NCBI GenBank assembly: GCA_965198225.1
Contig: CBDAOY010000006.1
Coordinates: 512,001-576,000, forward strand
Reading direction: 5' to 3'
Origin: Terriglobia bacterium
Lineage (GTDB): Bacteria > Acidobacteriota > Terriglobia > 20CM-2-55-15
DNA length: 64,000 bases
Shown here: piece by piece, positions 10,310-19,899 of the stretch
Layout of the letters: the number at the start of each line of letters is the position of its first letter
Numbering within the stretch: position 1 is the stretch's first letter
Translations under genes and position numbers: made by a program
The notes under the pieces: model-generated
Database searches by the model: none
What the model saw: the letters and a program-made list of their open reading frames with translations, nothing else
What the model was told of the DNA's origin: nothing

Positions 10310-11731
10310 TCAGTCCGTCTCCCGACGTTCTCTTTCCTGCCTCAGGATTGCACCTACGTCCACTCGGGCCCCGAGCTGCGTCAGCATCGCTCGCAGTCCG
10401 ATGAAGAGTTTTCCGAACCAGGTATTGATCGGTAGAGATCGTATGTATCGCCTGCGGATTAGCTCGCCGTAAATTTCCAGTCCCCGTCGGAAGTAGTCGG
10501 CGTTCCCGAAGTCGAAGGGCCCCTCTTCGAAAACCGGTTCCCAGAGCCAGTCGATGTAACGTTCCAGAAGCTGCATGTGATCGGGCTCGATCTGGCGATC
10601 GTCGGACACATCCACCGCCCGCGCCAATGCCTGGCGCACCGCTGCGGGCGACGTGAAGACCGACCGTTCCATTTCGTTCGAATAATCGACGTCCTCATCG
10701 GAAAACTGGCGGCAGCAGCCGAAGTCGACCAGACCGAGTCGACCATCGGGCATGAAGAAGTAGTTGCCAGGATGGGGATCCGCATACAGTATCCGTTTTT
10801 GATAGCACAGCCGGTAGACAGCCTGCGTTATCCGGAAACCGTAGCTGTCGCGGCTGTCCTGGGATGGACCTGTCGCCAGAAAAGCCTTTAGGTGGATTCC
10901 ATCGATGTGTTCCATCGCGAGCACCCGGCGGGTCGATAACTCCGGGTAGACTTCGGGTACGACTATTCCGTCTTCATCGCCAAACGCGGTGCGCGCGACG
11001 CGCAGGCTGTGGGCTTCCTGCAGGTAGTCGGTTTCCATCTCGACCATGTGCCGGATCTCGTCCATCTGGGCCACCAGGTTGTCCCAATCTGGAGAGAGAC
11101 GCATCGGGCTCATCAACGCCTTCAGATTTCGGAAGTCGTCACTTATGGTTCGCCCGATGTTCGGGTACTGGATCTTGATGGCTACTTTCTTCTGAGAGCC
11201 TTTCAACCGTGCACGATGGACTTGACCCAGCGAAGCTGCGGCGAACGCCTGGGTTTCAAAGTCGTCGAAGAGGCGCCCGGGATCGGCTCCGAGTTCGCCA
11301 CGCACGAACTCACCGAGCAGCGCGAAGTGCATCGGTGGCGCTTCAAAGTGGAGGCGGCCGAGAAGGCTGGCAAACTCGACGGGCACCACATTGGGATAAT
11401 GGGCCAGGACCTGGCCGACCTTCATGATCGCTCCTCTCAGGTAGCCCATGCTTTCAAGCAGTCGGAGCGCCGCCTTCAAGCGGGTTTCGTTCAGACTCGC
11501 CTGTCGGGCCTCGGCGTCGCCATAGCCCCCGCGGATCCAGTGAGCAAGGTATCCCACGGCGATCCTGGCCTGAAGACTGCCGAGTGCGCGGAACCGGCCC
11601 AACCGTCCGACCGGCACGGGTCCAGCGGAGAGTCCCGTGAGAAGCCGCTCGAGCGTCGCGTCCGGCGCGGATCCGGACTCGTCCAGTTCGTTCGATATCT
11701 GCTCGGCCAGTTCAGTAAGCCGGCGGTCCAT
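10310..11731 (-). CDS. ABC1/AarF/UbiB (Coq8-like) atypical kinase
   Basis: MKVGQ (KxGQ), AAASLGQVHRA, VAIKIQYP, ADPHPGNY and DFG; GGAGG precedes ATG 11731, overlapping the tetR end. Confidence 0.92.
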   Translation of the reverse strand: MDRRLTELAEQISNELDESGSAPDATLERLLTGLSAGPVPVGRLGRFRALGSLQARIAVGYLAHWIRGGYGDAEARQASLNETRLKAALRLLESMGYLRGAIMKVGQVLAHYPNVVPVEFASLLGRLHFEAPPMHFALLGEFVRGELGADPGRLFDDFETQAFAAASLGQVHRARLKGSQKKVAIKIQYPNIGRTISDDFRNLKALMSPMRLSPDWDNLVAQMDEIRHMVEMETDYLQEAHSLRVARTAFGDEDGIVVPEVYPELSTRRVLAMEHIDGIHLKAFLATGPSQDSRDSYGFRITQAVYRLCYQKRILYADPHPGNYFFMPDGRLGLVDFGCCRQFSDEDVDYSNEMERSVFTSPAAVRQALARAVDVSDDRQIEPDHMQLLERYIDWLWEPVFEEGPFDFGNADYFRRGLEIYGELIRRRYIRSLPINTWFGKLFIGLRAMLTQLGARVDVGAILRQERERRETD

Positions 11732-12353
11732 CGGATACCTCCACCTCGTCACTACCCTCAGTAAAGACGGCGTTGACGAACATCTGCATTGACTGATCCA
11801 GGAGGACCAACGTGTCTTCCTGATTCGGGGAGTCGTCACCGACCCAATAGCCCAGCACTCCCAGGAAGAGGGTCCAGTAGAGATGCAGGGTCACCAGCGC
11901 CGGCGGCGAGGCGTCGGCCGGACCGTGAGAAACCATCAGGGTCCGAACGGTTTCAAGGTGCGCGCGCCGAAATGTGTCCGTTTCTCGCGGAGCCGCGGAT
12001 TTCCTGAAAGGGCTCAGCGTGCTTTCCATCAGACCCCCGACGAAACCGCGATAAGGACCGAGGTGACGAAGTCCGGTGGCGACGTGCGCAAACAGTGCCT
12101 CTTCGAGCGATTCGCCGCCCAGAAGGCGTGCTTTGAACTCTTCGTTGGCGGCATCCAGGGATGCCGAAACGATCGTCATGGCAAGCGCCTCTTTGGTCGG
12201 GAAGTAGTTGAATAGGGTGCCGGCGGCGATCTTTGAAGTCCCGGCGATGTCGCGGGTTGTCGTCTCCATAAAACCCTTTTCTATGAATAACCTACGAGCC
12301 GAAACGAGAATGCGTTTCCGAGTTCTCTCTTTAGTTTTAGCCGTGACTCGCAT
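11712..12353 (-). CDS. TetR/AcrR family transcriptional regulator
   Basis: N-terminal HTH RLFIEKGFMETTTRDIA...AGTLFNYFPTKE. Confidence 0.93.
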   Translation of the reverse strand: MRVTAKTKERTRKRILVSARRLFIEKGFMETTTRDIAGTSKIAAGTLFNYFPTKEALAMTIVSASLDAANEEFKARLLGGESLEEALFAHVATGLRHLGPYRGFVGGLMESTLSPFRKSAAPRETDTFRRAHLETVRTLMVSHGPADASPPALVTLHLYWTLFLGVLGYWVGDDSPNQEDTLVLLDQSMQMFVNAVFTEGSDEVEVSDGPPAY

Positions 12354-12420
12354 TTTATGATCACGCTCATAATAAAATAAACGAAGTTCCTAAGCAACTA
12401 AAATGAGCGTGATCACAAAA
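12353..12420 (-). promoter_or_regulatory. Sigma70-like promoter flanked by two inverted TetR operator candidates
   Basis: TGATCACGCTCAT (12358-12370) and ATGAGCGTGATCA (12403-12415) are perfect inverted copies, each ATGA-N6-TCA(T). The minus strand reads TTGCTT-N17-TATTAT between them. Confidence 0.75.
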
Positions 12421-12588
12421 AATCTAAAGACGGGGGTGGCAATACCTCGAATTGCTAAGACAGGAGGGGTACGGGTTTGACTTCTTTCTCCCTAGACTGG
12501 TGAGGCGACCAACGCGCTTTGCCAATCACTCGTGACTTGGATTAGCTGGCTCGCAGGAACACGATTCGGTGCCGCGCTTTTTGCGGAG

Positions 12589-13461
12589 TTAACCTTCAGG
12601 CGACCAGGCGGCTTCGAAATCCATCCGCGGGCTGCCGGAATCCTTCCAGATGTCATAGCGCATACGGAGGGTCTTTACGGGGTTCGCATTCTCCCACGGT
12701 TGGATGTTCTCGTCGGTGACGCTGATGTAGGCGAAGTACATGCCGCCGTTGAAGTCGGCGCCGTTAGTGTCTTCGTTGTTGGCGATCAGGATGTACGCGA
12801 CATGGGCCGTCTTGCCGTCGCAGGGGGCCATCGGATATGGCGCTTCCTCGCAGGTGCAGCGCCCGTCGCCACCCTTGTCGTCGGCGCCCTCCATCGCGGC
12901 CATGACGCGGTCCGCCAGCGTGCCTTTCGCCTTCGTGAAGGCCACTTCGGCGTTCAGCATCACATCGTCGCTGAGCAGAGAGTTCCCCTGAAACTGATAA
13001 AAGATGTAATCGCCGACATTGCCGGAAACGTCCAGTGACGCGTGGCCATTGCGCGAACCGCTGTGGCCGGCGCGGCGTCCCTGCATGTCGACGATTCCGA
13101 ACTGCCGGCGCTCCATGCGGTCCTCTTCCGGTCCTTTCGCCTTTTCGAATTCCCTGAGCAACTCGATGATCTGCTCCGGTGCAGTTCCCTTCTTCAGCTC
13201 CTCGAAGACCAGTTGCTGATTCTGGCCGGAGTTGTCCACGTTCGCCTGACAGGCCGCCACGGCAACTCCGGGAACGATGACAGCCTGGATGTCCATCAGA
13301 TCTCTCGACGGCCTCGGGGGAAAGCGCGCCTGGCGCACGCATGTAGCGGACGCGATGATCACCTGGCCTGTCCTCGTATCGAGGGCCAGGAGAGACCACG
13401 TGGCGAAGGCGTTGGACTGCATTGAGAGGCCAAGGACGATTACGAAAGCTGCGCGTTTCAT
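12589..13461 (-). CDS. DUF1028 family secreted protein (Ntn-hydrolase-like)
   Basis: Signal peptide ending AFA then TWS (candidate N-terminal Thr); RQFGIVD, QGNSL and GGDGRC; GAGGAG RBS. Confidence 0.85.
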   Translation of the reverse strand: MKRAAFVIVLGLSMQSNAFATWSLLALDTRTGQVIIASATCVRQARFPPRPSRDLMDIQAVIVPGVAVAACQANVDNSGQNQQLVFEELKKGTAPEQIIELLREFEKAKGPEEDRMERRQFGIVDMQGRRAGHSGSRNGHASLDVSGNVGDYIFYQFQGNSLLSDDVMLNAEVAFTKAKGTLADRVMAAMEGADDKGGDGRCTCEEAPYPMAPCDGKTAHVAYILIANNEDTNGADFNGGMYFAYISVTDENIQPWENANPVKTLRMRYDIWKDSGSPRMDFEAAWSPEG

Positions 13462-13601
13462 AGCGGTTCTCCTCTGCAACGGGGCTGGCGATCGCACGCT
13501 CAAAGCCGCGTGCGGTAGTTGTGACCGGGTTCCATCTCACGCAAGACTAGGAGCGTCCTGGTGACAAAGCAACGGTAATCTGTGAGAGGCTTCGTGCAGT
13601 C

Positions 13602-13680
13602 CTACTGCGCGGCCTTGTCTTTGAAAACGAACTTCTGCGCGCGCCTTCCCGGCCCCGCCTCGGCGACGTACATGTTTCGA
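13602..13680 (-). pseudogene. Possible C-terminal remnant of an NHL-repeat protein
   Basis: GRNMYVAEAGPGRRAQKFVFK resembles the last NHL blade; no upstream body. Confidence 0.4.
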
Positions 13681-13755
13681 CCGACAGGAGATCGACGTGT
13701 CGAAGAAATGTTCTGGAAGTGCGGATCGATTGTATGGTGAATTATCAACCAGACA

Positions 13756-15702
13756 ATGTGGCTCCTGATCCTGCCGATAGCCCTGAGCATGTCCGGTGCG
13801 GTCCACCTGGTTTCGGGTGCAAGCGGCGAGCCCCGTCCTTCAGTACCTCGTTCGATCCAGTACGACGATCCGTCGTTGGTGCCCGAGGAACTGGAAGCCT
13901 TTCTGGACGCATTCCTTCCCCTGCAAATGGACAGGCTGCACATCCCGGGTCTCGTTGTTGTCGTTGTAAAGTCCGGACAGATCGTGTTCCGGAAGGGTTA
14001 TGGCTTCGGAAACCTGGAGGGTCGGACGTCGATAGATCCCGACAAGACACTGTTTCGTGTCGCTTCGGTGTCGAAGCTGGTCACGTCGACGGCCGTGATG
14101 CAGCTCGTCGAACGGGGGTTCGTCCAACTCGATGAAGACGTCAACACCTACCTCGATCTGTTCCAGATACCGTCTACCCATGACAGTTCCGTTACGCTCG
14201 CGAACCTGCTGACCCATACCGGGGGTTTTGACGAACGCTACATCGGCATGGCGGCCCGGCGGGAATCCGAGGTCCTGGGACTGGGGCCGTATCTTGCGGC
14301 CCGGATGCCTCCTCGCGTGCGTCCCCCCGGTGACGTAGTCAGTTACTCCAATCATGGGATGGCGCTGGCCGGCTACGTGGTTGAAGCCGTCTCGGGGCTG
14401 GGGTTTGCCGACTACGTGGAGTTGAACATTCTGCGCCCCCTCGGCATGGACGACAGCACTTTCAGGCTGCAGCCCGAGCAGGCTTCGAACCTGGCCGCAG
14501 GCTACGCGTACCGCAACGGAGAGTATCGATCCTTGCCATTCGACTACAGCCACATCCCGCCGGCTGGCTCACTCGTTGCGACGGCAACCGATATGGCGTG
14601 CTTCATGATGGCCCATCTCGAAAGCGGCGGGTGCGGCGACGGCCGTATTCTCGGACCGGACACGATGCGGGAGATGCACGCGCCACAATGGACCCACCAC
14701 CCAGGTCTCCCGGGTTTCGCTTACGGGTTCTATGAGCACTTCGAGAACGGCCGACGCCTTCTGGCGCATGGTGGAAACCTAGGCGGATTCGCCAGCGGCC
14801 TGTACCTGATGCCTGAGGAGGATCTCGGGATATTCGTGACCTACAACGCGGACCGCTCCGAGCTCCGAGAAGACCTGATCGAACGATTCGTCGATCGGTA
14901 CTATCCGGACTGGTCCACGGCGGAAGCTCGGCCTGATCCGTCCACCGAAGCTGCGTTCTCGGCCGGCGCTTTCGACGGCACATACCGACTCCATCGTTAT
15001 CCCCGCCACACTCTCGACAAGTGGAGCGTGCTGTCGCAAGCACGCCTGGAGTTCCATGTTTCAACCAGCGAAAGGGGGACGTTGATACTCCGCTATCCCG
15101 GAGAGTCGATGGAACCTGCGGAGTACGTTCAGACAGAGCCGTTGCTATTTGAAAACGTGGACGGTGAGGATCGTGTCGCCTTCCGCCAGGATTCCCGAGG
15201 ACGCGTCACGGACATGTTTCTGCAGTTCTCCGGGCCTGCAGCTCTGGAAAAGCTGCCATGGTATGCAACTTCGTCGTTTCACTCCATGCTGCATGGGTTC
15301 CTGGCGCTGGTATTTCTCTCCGTCGGTGCGGTCTGGCTGCGTGGTCGTGTGGATGGCCGATCGAAGGCCCATCGCTCGGAGAAACGGTTGGACTGGGCGT
15401 CGCGAGTAGCTGTTCGTCTTGTGAGTGGCCTGAACATGGTTTTCCTTCTCGGTTTGCCGACGGTTCTGGCCCTCGATCCGCAAGGTTTGACTTACGGCGC
15501 ATCCCTCGGTGTCATTCTCTTGCTCGCGATCCCGCTGTTGACGACGGCCATGACCCCGGGGTTGGTCTTCTTGAACGTGCTCGTCTGGAAACGTGGGCGT
15601 ACGACCAACATCCATCGATTGCATCATTCCCTGGTAACGCTCGCGGCGGTGGCTGTCATTCCCTACTTGATGTACTGGAACCTGCTTGGGTTCAGGTACT
15701 GA
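13756..15702 (+). CDS. Serine hydrolase (class C beta-lactamase/AmpC-like) with C-terminal TM region
   Basis: ASVSKL (SxxK), LLTHTGG, YSN and HGG; three to four C-terminal TM helices. Confidence 0.9.
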   Translation: MWLLILPIALSMSGAVHLVSGASGEPRPSVPRSIQYDDPSLVPEELEAFLDAFLPLQMDRLHIPGLVVVVVKSGQIVFRKGYGFGNLEGRTSIDPDKTLFRVASVSKLVTSTAVMQLVERGFVQLDEDVNTYLDLFQIPSTHDSSVTLANLLTHTGGFDERYIGMAARRESEVLGLGPYLAARMPPRVRPPGDVVSYSNHGMALAGYVVEAVSGLGFADYVELNILRPLGMDDSTFRLQPEQASNLAAGYAYRNGEYRSLPFDYSHIPPAGSLVATATDMACFMMAHLESGGCGDGRILGPDTMREMHAPQWTHHPGLPGFAYGFYEHFENGRRLLAHGGNLGGFASGLYLMPEEDLGIFVTYNADRSELREDLIERFVDRYYPDWSTAEARPDPSTEAAFSAGAFDGTYRLHRYPRHTLDKWSVLSQARLEFHVSTSERGTLILRYPGESMEPAEYVQTEPLLFENVDGEDRVAFRQDSRGRVTDMFLQFSGPAALEKLPWYATSSFHSMLHGFLALVFLSVGAVWLRGRVDGRSKAHRSEKRLDWASRVAVRLVSGLNMVFLLGLPTVLALDPQGLTYGASLGVILLLAIPLLTTAMTPGLVFLNVLVWKRGRTTNIHRLHHSLVTLAAVAVIPYLMYWNLLGFRY

Positions 15703-15789
15703 CTGACGAACTCTAGGGATTCGCGTATAGTCTATGGCACTGTCCAGGCCTACAGTGTTGACCGGCACTGCCGCGACTCCGGAGGGAGC

Positions 15790-17271
15790 ATGCGTCTATC
15801 TCGACGACAATTCTTGCAGGGCGTCGCAGCCGTCCCGTTTCTGAATCAGGTAACCAGAGACGCGGGGAACTGGCCCGCGTTTCGCGGACCGGACGGACGC
15901 GGTGTTGCGGAGGGGTATCCGGTCCGCACGTCCTGGAATGCCGACGAGACCGCCGGCAGGATTGTCGGTCGTCGGTGGCGATCGGACGTCCCGGGACTTG
16001 GCCACTCCAGCCCGGTTCTGTGGGGCGATCGGATATTCGTGCCGACCGCAATCGCCGAGGAGGGCCGTGTCCCGTTGACACTCGGCGGGGACGCCTTTGT
16101 CGATCGGAGCACTTGGACCGGCAGCACCGCCGCAGCCGCTGACAAGGGCCAGCAGAGCTGGGTGGTGATCTCTTACGACAAGAACTCCGGTGAGGAAGTG
16201 TGGCGCAGGACCGCGCGGACGGGAAGACCCCGCTCGACGCGGCACGCGAAAGCAACGCACGCCAACACGAGCCTGACGACCGACGGGCGCCACCTGGTCG
16301 GCTTCTTCGGGTCGGAAGGATTGTATTGCTATGACCTGGACGGCCGCCTGCTGTGGAGCCGCGATCTCGGGATCGTCAACGTTTCCAAGTATGGAATAGG
16401 GTGGGGATACGGCAGTTCGCCCGCGATCCACCAGGACCGGCTTGCGCTGCAATGCGATGATCCCGATAATCCGTACCTCGCCGTACTGCGCCTGTCCGAC
16501 GGGGAAGAGCTTTGGAGGGTGTCCCGAAAGGGGGTGTGCGAGCGAAGTTGGAGCTCACCGATGATTCACGCCGGCCCGAACAGGACCCAGGTGGTCGCCA
16601 ACGGCTGGCCGTGGATCGTGTCCTACGACCTGGAAACGGGCGACGAGCTGTGGCGCCTCAGTGGCGGAGGGGACAACCCGATACCGACCCCGTTCGTTGC
16701 GAACGGCTGGATCTATATCACGAGCTCCCACGGGCCGGCGTCGCCCATCTTCGTGGTTCGTCCCGACGCGCGCGGTGACATCACGCCCCCCCGACGTGCT
16801 TCGTCCACCGACGCACTCGTCTGGAGCACCTACCGGGGCGGATCCTACCTGTCGACGCCCGTCGTCTACCGCGGTTACATCTACTTCGGCTACGAACAAG
16901 GCGTCGTCCGCTGCTTTGACGCGAACACAGGGAAGAGGATGTACGAGAAGCGACTCGATCCGGGCGCGGCGATCGTCTCGTCCCTGGTGGCCGCGGACGG
17001 CAAAGTGTTCTGCCCTTCCGAGAACGGTATCGTCTATGTGCTCGAGGCCGGCCCGGACTACAACCTGCTGGCGCGTAATCAAATGGGCGAGCCCTGCTTC
17101 GCAACGCCATCTCGCAGGGAGGCCCCCCGCCATCTCGCAGGGAATTCTCTATTTCCGGACAACCGGGAGCCTGATCGCTGTCGGATAGGAACAGAACGCT
17201 TGATCCCCAGGCCTGAGGATTATTCGTTGAGAATGGGGACGATAGTCCCATCCGATCGAGCTGATGGCTGA
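15790..17271 (+). CDS. PQQ-like beta-propeller (BamB-like) protein with Tat-type leader; C-terminus frameshifted by a small duplication
   Basis: SRRQFL, NWPAFRGPDG and GHSSPVLWGDRIF repeats. The native end PAISQGILYFRT...AVG* lies in another frame ending at 17188. Confidence 0.85.
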   Translation: MRLSRRQFLQGVAAVPFLNQVTRDAGNWPAFRGPDGRGVAEGYPVRTSWNADETAGRIVGRRWRSDVPGLGHSSPVLWGDRIFVPTAIAEEGRVPLTLGGDAFVDRSTWTGSTAAAADKGQQSWVVISYDKNSGEEVWRRTARTGRPRSTRHAKATHANTSLTTDGRHLVGFFGSEGLYCYDLDGRLLWSRDLGIVNVSKYGIGWGYGSSPAIHQDRLALQCDDPDNPYLAVLRLSDGEELWRVSRKGVCERSWSSPMIHAGPNRTQVVANGWPWIVSYDLETGDELWRLSGGGDNPIPTPFVANGWIYITSSHGPASPIFVVRPDARGDITPPRRASSTDALVWSTYRGGSYLSTPVVYRGYIYFGYEQGVVRCFDANTGKRMYEKRLDPGAAIVSSLVAADGKVFCPSENGIVYVLEAGPDYNLLARNQMGEPCFATPSRREAPRHLAGNSLFPDNREPDRCRIGTERLIPRPEDYSLRMGTIVPSDRADG

Positions 17272-17321
17272 TCGCCTACCCAAACATTTCATTTTTGGGT
17301 AGATCTAGAGCTTGGGTTCTT

Positions 17322-18320
17322 TCAGTTTAGGCGTTCCCACGTGAGGGCCGTCTGCAGCTCGCGGCCATCGACCATCCTCGCCGGAGGCTTGAGTGTCAGC
17401 GCGGTGTCGGTGAACTCGAAGAAGCGCTGCGCGTCGGTGCCGGCCTGCCCCGGGTTGAGATTGCCGGCGCGGTGGTGCACGATGAAGCCCTCGTCCTCGT
17501 CCACGGAGAACGGACCGAAGTAGCTGAGGTAGGTCCGAAGTGCACCGAGCGTCTGCTCCGGAGTCGGCGCGCCTGTGTAAGCGGGCCGGTTCGGCCTCAT
17601 CAGGTGCACCGCCATGTGCCCGGACGGCATGTAGATGATGAACCCGTCCTCGTACTGGTCGATCGGCACCGATTCGCCATCCATCGTCCGTCGCTCGATC
17701 TTGCCGATCCGGTAGAACCCGAACAGTCGCCGATGGGTGTCCGTGAGCTCCGTATCCGCCAGGTCCGGGACGCGTTGCCACACGATACGGGTCTGCACGC
17801 CCGAGTTGCCGACGGGCGGCATCAGGATGAGCTGGTTGCCCGAGAACTCGTAGGAGCGTTTGTTGTCGTTCGATGCGTCCGGAGGTCTGACGTTCCCTTG
17901 CAGGTGGTGTGTCAGGTACCCCTCTGCCTCGTTGACCGTATAAGTGCCGAAGTAGGAAACGTAGCTCCTCAAGGTCGTTACCGCCTCGTCCGCGCTTGGC
18001 CCGCCGCCGGAGTATGGCTTGCGGCCAGGCTGCATGATGGTAACCCCCATGTAGCCACCCTGGTCGTACATGATGAAGCCGATCGCGCCCTCGCTGCCGA
18101 ACGACGGCGGTTCCGGCGTCGGCAGGAGCTCGCCGTCGGCGCCAATGCGCTCGACTCGGACAAGCTCCCAGTTACCCACGAACGGAGCCTTCGGATCCGC
18201 CGTCGACGCTTCGGCGGTTGGCAGGTCGGAGGCGTCGTCCATGGGTGGCGCCGTGTCCGCGCAACCGGACCAGACGACGACTCCGACCGACGCCAGCAAA
18301 ACAAGCAATTTCCTCGGCAT
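17322..18320 (-). CDS. Lipoprotein with two tandem lipocalin-like domains
   Basis: Lipobox-like VWSGC; FVGNWELV...YVSYFGTYTV and LFGFYRI...YLSYFGPFSV; GGAGG precedes ATG 18320. Confidence 0.85.
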   Translation of the reverse strand: MPRKLLVLLASVGVVVWSGCADTAPPMDDASDLPTAEASTADPKAPFVGNWELVRVERIGADGELLPTPEPPSFGSEGAIGFIMYDQGGYMGVTIMQPGRKPYSGGGPSADEAVTTLRSYVSYFGTYTVNEAEGYLTHHLQGNVRPPDASNDNKRSYEFSGNQLILMPPVGNSGVQTRIVWQRVPDLADTELTDTHRRLFGFYRIGKIERRTMDGESVPIDQYEDGFIIYMPSGHMAVHLMRPNRPAYTGAPTPEQTLGALRTYLSYFGPFSVDEDEGFIVHHRAGNLNPGQAGTDAQRFFEFTDTALTLKPPARMVDGRELQTALTWERLN

Positions 18321-18546
18321 ATGTGCCTCCTCCCCGCTCGGGTCGCGGGCGAATCTGTCGGACGGGATTCTGCCCGTCATGATGCCAGATGTCGCACCCC
18401 GACGCGACGTGAATACATTATCGAGTGACAAGAAGTTACCCCCGAGTACCTGCAAGCACGAAGTGGGGAAAGCGGATCTCGAGCAGCTAAGGCTGGTAGT
18501 TTGGCTTCTGCGACGCAATTTCCCGTAACGGCGTTTCTGGGGGTGG

Positions 18547-19896
18547 CTATCGGGATCTTCGCTCCACGCCGAGAGCCTTCATTCGTTTGTGCAGGTTCGT
18601 CCGTCCGATTCCGAGTGATCGGGCCGCTCCGGCCACACTCCAGTTGGAGGCTTCGAGTGCCTCCATGATGCGGAGCCGCTCCGCCGATTCGCGCGTCTCC
18701 TTCAGTCCGGATCGGTCGTCCACCGAGTTGGCCTGGCGGATTTCGACTGGGATCGAATCGACTGTGATGCGGTCTCCCGGCGCGAGGATGGCCATGCGCT
18801 CGACTGTGTTGCGCAGCTCCCGGACGTTGCCCGGCCACCGGTAGCCTTCGAGCGCGTTCAGCGTGTCCTCCTCCAGCGTCCGAGTGTGGAAGTTGTTTCG
18901 CGAGCAGAAATCCGCGAGAAAATACTCGGACAGGGGACCGATATCCTCCCGCCGCTCCCTCAATGGGGGAACACGGATGGGAACGACGCTCAGGCGGTAG
19001 TAGAGATCCTCGCGGAACTCGTCGCGTGCGATCAGCTGCTCGAGATTCCGGTTCGTCGCGGCGATCACCCGAACCGACGTCCGCACGGTTCGCTCCCCCC
19101 CGACCCGCTCGAACTCGCCCTCCTGGAGCACGCGCAGCAACTTGGCCTGCGAAGACGCGTGCAGGTCGCCGACCTCGTCGAGGAATATGGTGCCCCCGTC
19201 GGCCCGCTCGAACTTTCCGCGACGCCGCGATGTGGCTCCCGTGAACGCACCTTTCTCGTGTCCGAAAAGCTCGCTCTCGATCAGTTCCGTCGGGATGGCG
19301 GCGCAGTTGACCTTCACGAAAGGGCCACCGGACAAGGGGCTTTCCTGGTGAATGTGAGCGGCGATCAGCTCTTTACCGGTCCCGGACTCGCCGGTCAGCA
19401 AGACGCGGGCGTCCGAACGGGCGACCCGGCCCGCCTGATCGACAGCCTGCCGGAACGCGCGGCTGTCACCGACCATTCGGGTACTGTCGCCGACGATCGC
19501 CCGGAATTCCGCGTTCTCCTGTTCGAGCTTCGCCTGGCCGAGAGCGTTCTTGACAGCTAGCAGCACGCGTTCCCGCGCCAGTGGTTTTTCCAGGAAATCG
19601 AATGCACCCGCGCGCGTGGCTTCGACGGCATCAGCGATCGTTCCGTGCCCGGAAATCATGATAATCGGCGCCAGGTCATCCTCGCTGCGCAACCACCGAA
19701 GCAGCTCGATGCCGCTGCCATCCGGGAGGCACACGTCGAGAAGGTAGACATCCTCCCGGCGGATGCCGACCCGAGCCCGAAAAGCCTCGGCGGACCGGGC
19801 GACGTCGACCGCGTAGCCCTCTCGTTCCAGGATGAGACGCAGGGATCGTCCGATGTTTTCTTCGTCGTCGACGATGAGAATTCGTTTGGCGGTCAT
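18547..19896 (-). CDS. Sigma54-dependent response regulator (NtrC/NtrX family)
   Basis: REC domain (VDDE), GESGTGKE, ELFGHEKGAFTGA, WPGNVREL and Fis-type HTH. Confidence 0.95.
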   Translation of the reverse strand: MTAKRILIVDDEENIGRSLRLILEREGYAVDVARSAEAFRARVGIRREDVYLLDVCLPDGSGIELLRWLRSEDDLAPIIMISGHGTIADAVEATRAGAFDFLEKPLARERVLLAVKNALGQAKLEQENAEFRAIVGDSTRMVGDSRAFRQAVDQAGRVARSDARVLLTGESGTGKELIAAHIHQESPLSGGPFVKVNCAAIPTELIESELFGHEKGAFTGATSRRRGKFERADGGTIFLDEVGDLHASSQAKLLRVLQEGEFERVGGERTVRTSVRVIAATNRNLEQLIARDEFREDLYYRLSVVPIRVPPLRERREDIGPLSEYFLADFCSRNNFHTRTLEEDTLNALEGYRWPGNVRELRNTVERMAILAPGDRITVDSIPVEIRQANSVDDRSGLKETRESAERLRIMEALEASNWSVAGAARSLGIGRTNLHKRMKALGVERRSR

Positions 19897-19899
19897 GGT

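Noticed and set aside
12420-12588. Possible riboswitch or ncRNA in intergenic regions (also 23810-24030 and 61000-61200)
   Set aside because: No recognisable consensus by eye; a covariance-model scan would be needed.
13756-15702. Antibiotic-resistance beta-lactamase
   Set aside because: SxxK/YxN/HxG motifs with a TM tail fit the broad serine hydrolase family; resistance cannot be inferred.
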